This document shows, piece after piece, positions 50,261 to 60,654 of a stretch of 64,000 nucleotides of DNA. The notes below the pieces were generated by a model that worked only from the letters and a program-made list of their open reading frames with translations, ran no database searches and was not told where the DNA came from. This stretch comes from Octopus sinensis (lineage: Eukaryota). Where the stretch lies: the NCBI RefSeq assembly GCF_006345805.1, contig NC_043021.1, positions 16,864,001 through 16,928,000 of the forward strand, in the 5' to 3' direction. The first letter of the stretch is position 1. Every line of letters begins with the position of its first letter. A program made the translations under genes and the position numbers.

Positions 50261-50742
50261 CTTACCAAACTAAAACAAACACTTCAGAAAAGGACCAGGT
50301 CATGCAAGAAAGAGTTGGCAACCACAAGAAACGTACAAACAAGAAAACTGGTTTCACAGTAAACAACAAAAAAAAAACAAAATTAAAAAATTAAAAATAA
50401 ACGAAAACAAATATAACAAAAATAAAATAAATATTCAAAATATAATAAAGAAATGCCTCAAACATTCCAGTGCTTTTTGTTTGTTTGTTTGTTTTGCTCT
50501 TTTGACTGAGGCCAGGCTGGAGCACTGCCTTGGAGGATTTTTTTTTTTTTAGTCAAACAATTTGACCCCAAGACGTATTTTTTTTAAAGCCTTGTACTTA
50601 TTCTATCAGTCTCTTTTGCTGAACTGCTAAGTTACGGTGACGTAAACACACCAACACTGGTTGTCAAGCGATTATGGTGGGGCTGGACAAACACAGACAC
50701 AAAGACACATACATAGATACACACAAACACACACACACACAC

Positions 50743-50776
<34 letters not shown>

Positions 50777-50778
<2 letters not shown>

Positions 50779-51479
50779 GTGTGTGTGATTGTGTATAGAA
50801 GAATATATTAATAAAAGGAATTCCAACCTTGTCTGATTTTCACGTTTTATTTACAATCTTATAATGATAAAATATAAGATAATATAATATCTTTATATAT
50901 AAAAGTGAAGTTGTGTGTCTGTCTCCTACGATTTAGATTCCTAACTACTCCCACATTTTGCGGTGCAGTTTAATCAAAACCGGGTATCTTATAGTCGTGA
51001 TTCATATCGAGCCCTTCTGGGTATTAGCGTGCGTCTACAATGAGTCTACGATTTAAAAAAAAATTTACCATCATTTTTTTCCATTTTAATGCATTTTTTT
51101 GCTATTATACAAGGGAAGTAACTCTCTAAAAATGTCTACGACGAGTCAGCGATTTAAAAAAAAATTTACCATAATTTTTTTTCCATTTTTAATGCATTTT
51201 TTTGCTATTTTTTGGCTATAACTCTCTAAAAATGCTTATATAGTTATTTCCCTTACAAACCCGAGCAACGCCGGGCGATACTGCTAGTAATAAATAAAAT
51301 AAAATAATAGAATGTTAAATGTTCATTCTGAATGAACATTTAACATTCTATTATTTTATTTTATTATATTATATTATCTTATATTATATCATTATAAGAT
51401 TGTAAATAAAACGTGAAAATCAGACAAGGTTGGAATTCCTTTTATTAATATATTCTTCTATACACAATCACACACACCC
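50777..51479. repeat. ~300-bp spacer-less palindrome (centre T at 51329) with a Helitron in its left arm
   Basis: Left arm 50777-50889 plus 51288-51328 is the reverse complement of 51330-51479, apart from one substitution and a 4-bp indel. Confidence 0.92.
50890..51287 (+). mobile_element. non-autonomous Helitron
   Basis: A|TCTTTATATATAAAAGTGAAGTTG...CCCGAGCAACGCCGGG hairpin...CGATACTGCTAG|T, with an internal ~90-bp duplication. Confidence 0.9.
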
Positions 51480-51889
51480 ATATATATATATATATATATA
51501 CATATGATGATGGTCTTCTTTCAGTTTCCATTGCCAAATCCACCCACAAGGCTTTGATTGGCCTGGGGCTGTAGTAGAAGACACTTGCACAAGGTGCCAC
51601 ACAGTAGAACTGAACCTGGAACCATGTGGTTGGGAAGCAAACTTCTTACCACACAGCCTTGCCTGTTTTTTTTTACTTGTTTTTGTTGCTAATTCTTTAT
51701 GATTTGTTTGTTGTTTAGTTCTGTTATAGAATCTTATGGATTTGGCGGAAGCGTTAAAGTGTTGGATAAAATTACTCGTCCTTTCCTTCTTTGTAGCTTT
51801 TCCCATTCTAAGTTCAAATCCTGCCAAAGCTAATTTAACCTTCCATCCTTTTGGGGGTTGATGAATTAAGTTACCACTCAAGTACTGGG

Positions 51890-52170
51890 GCTTCTGCTGA
51901 TTTTTGCAACACACCAAGATTGTAGGGTGTTTCTAATGTTCCCAGATATTTCTTCAGGTTGGGTGGTATTGAACCCCATGCTCTGATAACAACAGGGACA
52001 ACCTCTATGTTTGACCCCTCACAGTTGTCACATCTTGGTGATCTCAGTTCTCAAGTTTCCATGTTGATTAACCCTTTTCTCTTTCTGTCAAGATATATCT
52101 TGACTCCCTGACACTGTCACTTCTATTACAAGGAATTCTTGTTTGTCCCTCTTAATCCAGTTATGTGGTA
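51890..52170 (-). mobile_element. degenerate R4-like LINE C-terminal fragment
   Basis: IEVVPVVIRAWGSIPPNLKKYLGTLETPYNLGVLQKSA. Confidence 0.7.
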
Positions 52171-52672
52171 GGCTATCAAAAACTTTTTTATAGCCTACCC
52201 AGGCTATTGACAAGTTTTTGTGTCATTTGTGACAATCATCTAAGATCATCTTATTCATGAGCAGCTGATCTTTACAACCGTAGGATCCACGTTTACATCA
52301 TTTCTGTTCATTAGGGAATATACTGCTTTCTATTAAAAAACTATAGGTTACACCTGTGATTTAAAAAGGTAATATAAAAGGAGAAAGGGGCTCTCTACCC
52401 CCACTTTTTTTGACCAGGTTCCCGTTGGCTTTTATGGGTTTTTTCCACCAGGAACCTTTCGTAACGCTTCCCCCTTTTGGAAGATTTTCGTTGTTATAAT
52501 CTTTCGTTGTTAAACTGTTTTTACTCGGATTTTTCACAAACGGACAAAACCCTTTGTAACCTTTCGTCCTGTTTTGTCCCATTATGTGATAATTGATTTT
52601 TGTCAGCCCTTGTGACCAATAAAAGAATTAATTATCATTATTATTATTATTATTATTATTATTAGTTTTATC

Positions 52673-53073
52673 ATTCACATACACACAACAGATGAGACTA
52701 CTGGAAAAGAAAAAAATCTTAACATTGGGCTACAACAAATAACCTTAGATGTCAAGAACCCTTCTAAGGATCCTAGCTGTCCCTAATAACATTGTTTTCT
52801 GGAGTTGTACTAAATTGGGATTATTATTGTTGTTGTTATTACTAATATTATCATTATTATTATTATTATTTATTATTATTATTATTATTAATTTTACCAT
52901 TCACGTACACACAACAGATGAGACTACTGGAAAAGAAAAAAAATCTTAACATTGGGCTACAACAAATAACCTTAGATGTCAAGAACCCTTCTAAGGATCC
53001 TAGCTGTCCCTAATAACACTGTTTTCTGGAGTTGTACTAAATTGGGATTATTATTGTTGTTGTTATTACTAAT

Positions 53074-53104
<31 letters not shown>

Positions 53105-53540
53105 TATTATTATTAATTTTACCATTCACGTACACACAACAGATGAGACTACTGGAAAAGAAAAAAAATCTTAACATTGGGCTACAACAAATAACCTTAG
53201 ATGTCAAGAACCCTTCTAAGGATCCTAGCTGTCCCTAATAACACTGTTTTCTGGAGTTGTACTAATTGGGATTATTATTGTGTTGTTATTACTAATATTA
53301 TCATTATTATTATTATTATTATATTATTATTATTATTAATTTTACCATTCACGTACACACAACAGATGAGACTACTGGAAAAGAAAAAAAATCTTAACAT
53401 TGGGCTACAACAAATAACCTTAGATGTCAAGAACCCTTCTAAGGATCCTAGCTGTCCCTAATAACACTGTTTTCTGGAGTTGTACTAAATTGGGATTATT
53501 ATTGTTGTTGTTGTTGTTGTTATTACTAATATTATTATTT
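52673..53540 (-). repeat. four tandem ~225-bp units, each an R4-like LINE extreme 3' end plus (AAT)n
   Basis: ATTCAC anchors at 52673, 52899, 53124 and 53347. Each unit encodes PN(L)VQLQK(T)(V/M)LLGTARILRRVLDI* plus a ~85-bp UTR. Confidence 0.9.
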
Positions 53541-53636
53541 CCATCCTGAGGGTTTTGGAATGCCTCCTCTTGATCACTTTTTATGATAAATAAAAGAATC
53601 AAAATATTTCTTGTTGCTGCTGTTTGTTCTTTTGCC

Positions 53637-53639
<3 letters not shown>

Positions 53640-53674
<35 letters not shown>

Positions 53675-54066
53675 AGACTATGTGTATGTGTGTGCGGGGG
53701 GGATGTCTGTGTGTTTGAATGTGTGTGTGTGTGTGTGTGTGTGTGTATGAGACTATGTGTATGTGTGCATATGTGTGTGTGGGGGGGGATGTCTGTGTGT
53801 TTGAATGTGTGTGTGTGTGTGTGCGTGTGTATGAGACTATGTGTATGTGTTCATATGTGTGTGTGTGGTGTGTGTGTGTGTATTTGTGTGTGTGTGTGTA
53901 TGAGACTATGTGTATGTGTGCATACGTGTGTGTGTGGGGGGGATGTCTGTGTGTTTGAATGTGTGTGTGGTGTGTGTGTGGTGTGTGGTATGAGACTATG
54001 TGTATGTGTGCATATGTGTGTGGGGGGGGATGTCTGTGTGTTTGAATGAGTGTGTGTGTGTGTGTA

Positions 54067-54100
<34 letters not shown>

Positions 54101-54381
54101 AGACTATGTGTATGTGTGCATACGTGTGTGTGGGGGGGATGTCTGTGTGTTTGAATGTGTGTGTGTGTGTGTGTGTGTGTGTATGAGACTATGTGTATGT
54201 GTTCATATGTGTGTGTGGGGGGGATGTCTGTGTGTTTGAATGAGTGTGTGTGTGTGTGTATTTGTGTGTGTGTGTTGTGTGTGTGTATGAGACTATGTAT
54301 ATGTGTATATATGCCTGTGTGTTTGAATACGTGTGTATGAGACTATGTGTATGTGTACATATGCCTGTGTGTTTGAATGCG

Positions 54382-54412
<31 letters not shown>

Positions 54413-54430
54413 TGTGTGTGTGTGTGTGTG
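53640..54430. repeat. (GT)-based minisatellite with fixed anchor motifs
   Basis: ATGAGACTATG occurs about nine times and GGGATGTCTGTGTGTTTGAA about six times. Confidence 0.9.
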
Positions 54431-54949
54431 TTTGACTCTGCCGTGTGTTTATACCCACTCGTTGAAATAACATTCCATATTCTGTCATTTTGGGTCAGTT
54501 TAGGTCAGAAAAGTGACACTGGTGATAAAAAAAAGGAACAAATAAAAAAAAAAAAACCAACAACTCCCACCATCAAACCCTACACCACCGCCACCACCAC
54601 CACCACCACTACCACCTACAACACCACCTATTACAACCCACCGCCCCTACAACCACCACCACCACCACCCCTTCCACTATGACGTCCTGGTGTGACCTGC
54701 CTTGGATTGGAATTTCCCTTTATATACATATGTCTGTCTTTGAATTGTTTACTGCTTATTGAGTACATAATATGTGTATATAAATGTATGTGTGTATGTA
54801 TATATATATGTGTATGTGTGTATGAATATGTGTGTGTGTGTGTTGGTGTCGGTGTATGTATATATATATATATAATATATACACACACACACACATGAAC
54901 ATATATATACATGTTGTTTACCATCTATAGTTGAGTTCATAATTATATG

Positions 54950-55370
54950 CATACATACATGTATACGTATAATTATGTGTATGTAGATGCATACACTCAT
55001 ACATACATACATACAAACATACATACATACAAACATACATACATACAAACATACATACAAACATACATACATACAAACATACATACATACATCATATAAA
55101 CATACATACAAACATACATACATACATCATATAAACATACATACAAACATACATACAAACATACATACATACAAACATACATACATACATACATACAAAC
55201 ATACATCATATAAACATACATACATACATACATACAAACATACATACATACATACATCATACAAACATACATACATGCATCTATATATGTATGTATATGT
55301 ATATATACTTATGTGTGTGTATTTATATATATACATATACATCTACATACTATGTATATTATGTAACACA
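54950..55370. repeat. (ACAT/AAAC)n microsatellite
   Basis: Directly visible. Confidence 0.92.
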
Positions 55371-55869
55371 CCAAAGGAATTCATTCCAAACAAGAAAAGA
55401 AAAGAAAAGAAAGGAACCTTCTAAGAATTCATAATTATTTTGGTTCCAAACCAAAAACTTCCCGTTAAATTCCCCAGAGAGAGAGAAAAACATGGCTGCT
55501 TCCTCCACAGATCCACGCATAGCTTTGCTTTGTGGTTCAGAACCTCACCTTCCAATTAGCTTTGTAGTTTCAGGTTCAATTCCACCTTGTGGTGCCTTGG
55601 GCCACTGTATTCTATCAATCTGTTGAGCCGACCAAGGATTTGTCATTGAAATTTGGTAGATGGGAACTGAGAAATTTTGGGAAGGGGGCCATTCCTTGTT
55701 TTTTGGGGTTTTGTTTTTTAAGTGCAGTCGACTGAATTTGTTGCTCAGTTGACTCATGTCTAGGGTGACTCATGGGCAGAATGACTCATGGAAAGGTGGT
55801 CGTATTTTTTTAAATACGATAGTAAAACAGGAAAGGTTCTCAAAGAGATACGCATATAGATACAGGTAG

Positions 55870-56275
55870 GTGTGGCTTTGTGGTAAGAGGTTTACTTCCG
55901 AAGCACATGGTTCCAGGTTCAGTTCCACTGCATGACTGCATGACACCTTGGGCAAGATTTTTCTACTCTAGCCTTGGGCCAACCAAAGCCTTGTGAGAGA
56001 ATTTGGTTGATGGAAACTAAAAGAAGCCCATCATATGTATGTATAAATGCGTGTTTGTATGTGTGTGTGTGTGTGTGTGTGTCTTTGTGTTTGTCTCCCC
56101 ACCATCTTGGCCAGCCGATGTTGGTGTGTTTACATCCCTGTGATTGGTGGTTTGGCATAAAGAGACCAATAGAAACAGGTGCTGAGGTTGATACACTCGA
56201 CTAAAAATTCTTGAAGGAGGCACCCCAGCATGGCCACAGCCTGATGACTGACACAAGTAGAAAAGAATATATAAA
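55870..56275 (+). mobile_element. diverged SINE family A
   Basis: GTGGTAAGAGG..GGTTCAGTTCCACTG..ACCAAAGCCTTGTGAG..CCCCAGCATGGCCACAGCCTGATGACTGA. Confidence 0.8.
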
Positions 56276-56288
56276 CATAAGATGTATG

Positions 56289-56320
<32 letters not shown>

Positions 56321-56699
56321 CGTGTATATGTGTGAGAGAGAGAGAGTGTGTGTGTGTGTGTATGAGAGAGAGAGTGTGTGTATGTGTATGTGTGTGTATG
56401 TATATATATATGTATGTGTGAGAGTGTGTATGTATATGTATGTGTGTGTGTACATATATATATGTGTATGTATGTATATATACATATATATGTGTATGTG
56501 TGTGAGAGTGTGTGTGTATGTATATATATGTGTGAGAGTGTGTGTGTGTGTGAGAGAGAGAGAGAGTGTGTGTATGTGTTAGAGAGAGAGAGAGAGAAAG
56601 AGAGAGAGATGGGCCTTGGATGCAGAGGACTTGAGAAGATCTAAAACAAACGAAATAAGATGCAAGAATGTGCATGAAGGGATTCATACAAAGGTGGGT

Positions 56700-57040
56700 G
56701 GAGAGTCGGATGTAAGAGGTATGAGATGTATTCAAGGAAAAAAAACTGCATTGGAATGGTTATGTGATGGGTACGAATGAGGACAGCTGTATAAAGAAGT
56801 GTCATTCACTTAATATGGCTGGAACCTGTGGAAGAGGAAGACCCGGGTAGACTTGGACACATACAGGATTAGTGGTTTGAGAATACCTTACATGCAACAT
56901 GAATGGACCTTCAATCCAATTCCCATGCAATACTCAACCAGTCACAACACAGGACTCAGCAAGGTAGACTTGGGATGAAAGCTGGCCTCAAGAGCCTGGG
57001 TTCTCTGGCAATATGAGGTTCTGAAGAAGACTCACCCTCC
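56700..57040 (+). mobile_element. degenerate RTE LINE C-terminus with a ~105-bp insertion (TSD GGTAGACTTGG)
   Basis: LHWNGYVMGTNEDSCIKKCHSL..GTCGRGRPG.TW matches LRWYGHVMRM.E.SC.KKC..L.V.G...RGRP.KTW. Confidence 0.7.
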
Positions 57041-57069
57041 CCATCAAAACTGATTTCTAAAAGTGTTAT

Positions 57070-57400
57070 ATTGGCACCTTGGGCAAGAGTCTTCAACTAT
57101 AGTCTCGGGCCGACCAAAGCCTTGTGAGTGGATTTGGTAGAAGGAAACTGGAAGAAGCCTGTCGTATATATGTATATATATATGTGTGTGTATATGTTTG
57201 TGTGTCTGTGTTTGTCCCCCTAGCATTGCTTGACAACCGATGCTGGTGTGTTTAGGTCCCCGTAACTTAGCGGTTCGGCAAAAGAGACCGATAGAATAAG
57301 TACTGGGCTTACAAAGAATAAGTCCCGGGGTCGATTTGTTCGAATAAAGGCGGTGCTCCAGCATGGCCGCAGTCAAATGACTGAAACAAGTAAAAGAGTA
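57070..57400 (+). mobile_element. SINE family A (5' truncated)
   Basis: GCACCTTGGGCAAG...GACTGAAACAAGTAAAAGAG. Confidence 0.9.
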
Positions 57401-57719
57401 AGAGTATTGGTTCCTCCACTTGGTACAGTGACTCCCTCTCTTCGTGCACTATATCTATGTCTACTTCTTCTCCCTCCCTCTCTCTTGTCCTCCCACCACC
57501 ACCACCACCACCAGCAACTGTATCAGCTTTACTCCTCCCACTACTTGCAGCCTCCCCACTCTTTTGCATCCCCTTGTTTTCCCGAGTTCACAATTCTTGT
57601 CTTATCCACCCTTCAATGCTAACCATTTTGATAATCTGCCACCCCATCACTAAGCCTCCCACCCACTTCTACCCAGTTTGTGCCTTGTGGCCACCAGGTT
57701 CCAAACACCACTTTAATAA

Positions 57720-58059
57720 TAACATAGTAATTTTTCAGAATTCTTCGTTACTATTAAACGGATTCGTTCACAATTTAGTTTCACTTTTGCTAAGATAATT
57801 TACATTCACTTTTTTTTACGACCGTAAACATTATTAGAACGATCCGAATCGCCACCAAAATCGTCTCTCTTCTTTTTCAAACTCATAGCATAATTGTAAT
57901 CTACACCTTCGAAAACATATCTCTATAAAATTTAATTTAAAATACGCATTTCACATAAAGTTATGATGCCGGGGCCCTAATCAGTAGTTATGCCCTTTAA
58001 GTTCTAACACACCTGTGAAGAGTTATGCAAAAAGAAATACAATTAGTTGTCATCGAAAC
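57720..58059 (+). promoter_or_regulatory. putative promoter/5' UTR of the VKOR gene
   Basis: Repeat-free stretch with visibly more CpG dinucleotides than the flanking unique DNA, directly upstream of AAACATGG. The TSS cannot be determined. Confidence 0.45.
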
Positions 58060-58241
58060 ATGGCGGTGTCGATCATCAGTGCAAAGTTTACGAAATGTCT
58101 CTTATTTATTCTTTCTTTATTCGGCTTCATTCTCTCAATGTACGCATTTCATGTAGGGACAATCAAACAGAGAAACCATTCCTATGAACCATTGTGTGAT
58201 TTTAGCCCAACTATGAATTGTTCCCAGATATTTACATCGCG
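58060..58241 (+). CDS. VKORC1: vitamin K epoxide reductase (VKORC1/VKORC1L1-type), coding exon 1
   Basis: MAVSIISAKFTKCLLFILSLFGFILSMYAFHVGTIKQRNHSYEPLCDFSPTMNCSQIFTSR aligns without gaps (+3 offset) to human VKORC1 LSLYALHV...Y.ALCD.....SCS.VFSSR. Loop cysteines C46/C54 correspond to C43/C51. Kozak AAACATGG. Phase-2 donor CG|GTAAGT falls in the Arg codon where the vertebrate intron 1 lies. Confidence 0.9.
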
Positions 58242-58300
58242 GTAAGTAAAACCGGTGTAAATTTTTATTAAGTCCACCCTTGAAAAAATTTATTGGCAAA

Positions 58301-58340
58301 CTAACAGCTCCTTCCTTTTTCTCTTGTTTTTCTTCTATAG
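58301..58340 (+). other. strong 3' splice-site signal (branch point, polypyrimidine tract, TAG)
   Basis: CTAAC at 58301-58305, CTCCTTCCTTTTTCTCTTGTTTTTCTTC tract, TAG ending at 58340. Confidence 0.55.
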
Positions 58341-59274
58341 GTGGGAAACCTTATATATTATCCTACGACTGATAAATGTATATATGAGTTTATTGCATAT
58401 TTTCATTTAGCTTCCCCTGCAGTACCACCGCCTCCACCATCGAAGGTTATCTCGAGGTAAATTGCGGTGGATTCAACTAAGGATTGAAACCGGGTTGTGG
58501 GGGTTTGATCTATCGGTCATTTAAAACTACATGCAGCAAGAAACCACGGAGCAGCTTCTACATGGTCCCTCCACGTGTTAGAAATAACCCCCAATTTGTC
58601 CTTAAAACATATTCTAACTGTTTTAGAAGAACGAAAGAAAAGCAACACGTTGGACTATATTGTCCCGGGTACACAACTATTGTAGAAAAGACGGGATGGT
58701 CACGGCTGGAATGCCTTTTGTAATACATAGATCTGCTCGATCAGGACTAACCGAGGGACTAAATATCAACAACTGAAACGTAACAGCAGCCAGATCTCTC
58801 TCAAATCACACATTGTTTTAAAAAAATACATTACGCGCACATGTGTATACACACACACACATCTTAATTAACATGCAATTTAATTACTAATTTTATCAAT
58901 ACTGATCAACAGATCGTCATTTAAATGATTACCTTATATCTTATCTATTTGTGTATATGTGTTGTCGTTTTTGAAAGGCAGAGGTTACGTGGTGACTCGA
59001 GGACCGAGAGTTTTGTGTATGACATTTATGGAACTAGTTTCAAATTTATTGTAGTGAAGTCAGTTTGATGCCGCACACGACACACCTGGCCCCTGAGTCC
59101 CGATTAAAAATAGCCTGTATTATATATATATATATATATATATGCATGATATTTGAGCGTTAAGTTTTCCTCGTCTCATCACGTGTGTCGTAGTTATTTA
59201 ACACTAGGCAAGTCCTTTTCGAGCAGACGTTTAATAATCGAAGACGTTACAGCCGTTATAATCCCTTTTATTTT

Positions 59275-59665
59275 ACCTATTTCTTTATTACCCACAAGGG
59301 GCTAAACACAGAGCGGACAAACAAGGACAGACATAGGTATTAAGTCGATTATCGACCCCAGTGCGTAACTGGTACTTAATTTATCGACCCCGAAAGGATG
59401 AAAGGCAAAGTCGACCTCGGCGGAATTTGAACTCACAACGAAATACCTATTTCTTTATTACCCACAAGGGGCTAAACACAGAGGGGACAAACAAGGACAG
59501 ACATAGGTATTAAGTCGATTACATCGACCCCAGTGCGTAATTGGTACTTAATTTATCGACCCCGAAAGGATGAAAGGCAAAGTCGACCTCGGCGTAATTT
59601 GAACTCACAACGTAACGCAGACGAAATACCGCTAAGCATTTCGCCCGGCGTGCTAACGTTTCTGC
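59275..59665 (-). mobile_element. SINE family B with a tandemly duplicated 3' part
   Basis: CCTATTTCTTTATTACCCACAAGGGGCTAAACACAGAG..GAACTCACAACG occurs at ~59275-59440 and ~59445-59612. The head ends at ~59665. Confidence 0.9.
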
Positions 59666-60654
59666 CCTTTTATTTTACCACCACCCTACACACACACACA
59701 CAACATAATTATGACTATCTTATCCGATATATTATTTTTTATTCATTGAAAGACATGTTGTGATTTATTGGTGGGGAGGTTTTGGCTGCTACATCTAGCA
59801 GGTAACCTCACAGAGGGTTCTCTCGTTATTTCGCGCTTCGAAATGTGTAGAAAGAAGACTCGTCCGTCAACAGTTTGTGTTTTGATAAAAATACATTCTG
59901 ATCAACAAGTGTATGTGTGTGTGAGTGAGTGCCTGAGTGTGTGTGTGTATATGTTAGTGCACGTGCAAGCACCTTCAGCAGCGTAGTCAAATGACCTCTA
60001 CGGAAACAGCCCCCAATTCCGAGGTCAATTAAGGATTGTGTTGTTTACGTTACAGATTATAGCACGAGGGGTTAGGAGGAGGAGTGGGGATATATTATTA
60101 ATTTCAGTTTAATCTCTGGAGGGAAAATCGTTTGGTTAACAAACTGGAATGATGGCTGTGGTGATTACACGGTTTGTAGTAGTAGTAGTAGCAGCAGCAG
60201 TTGTAGTAGTAGTAGAAGTAGTAGTAGTTGCAGCAGCAGCATCTACAGCAGTAGTATTAGTCAAAGTTCCCTAGCTCTGGGTTTCCCAGGGGACCTTGAG
60301 GAATGAAAAGAAAAGTGGGACAGTCAGGTCATCGTGTTTAGTAATAATGGTTTCAAATTTTGGCACAAGGCCAGCAGATTGGGGGGGGGGGCTGAATCGA
60401 TTAGATCGATCCCCTGTGTTCAAACTGGTACTTATTTTATCAACCCTGAAAGGATGAAAGTCGACTTCAGTGGAATTTGAACTCAGAACGTTTGGGCAAA
60501 TGAAACGCTACTAAGCATTTTGCTCATTGTGCTAACGATATTGCCTGGTAGCTAGCAGCCTTAGAGAGGATGAACGGCAAAGTCAACCCCAACAGAATTT
60601 GAACTCAGATCATAAAAATGGACAAAATGCTGCTAAACATCTTTGTCCATTGTG

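Larger units (their letters stand above)
50500..51660 (-). mobile_element. SINE family A split at its internal microsatellite by a palindromic insertion
   Basis: 3' half at ~50500-50740 and 5' half at ~51510-51660. Confidence 0.8.

Noticed and set aside
52340-52580. Odd homopolymer-rich segment (also ~55390-55500 and ~55680-55720)
   Set aside because: It looks like SINE sequence distorted by run expansions and is more likely low-quality consensus than biology. Check raw reads.
57800-57880. Minus-strand mini-ORF MSLKKKRDDFGGDSDRSNNVYGRKKK as exon 1 of a divergent gene
   Set aside because: It is short, unrecognised and has no downstream exons that I can identify. A bidirectional promoter cannot be excluded without RNA data.
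58015-58059. Upstream in-frame GTG start of the VKOR ORF (MKSYAKRN...)
   Set aside because: The ATG at 58060 has a strong Kozak context and matches homolog length.
59770-59800. GTGGGGAGGTTTTGGC (W-G-G-F-G) as VKOR exon 2
   Set aside because: It has no AG acceptor, has a stop a few codons later, and matches a repeat also seen at ~14610 (GGAGATTTGGCTGCTA).
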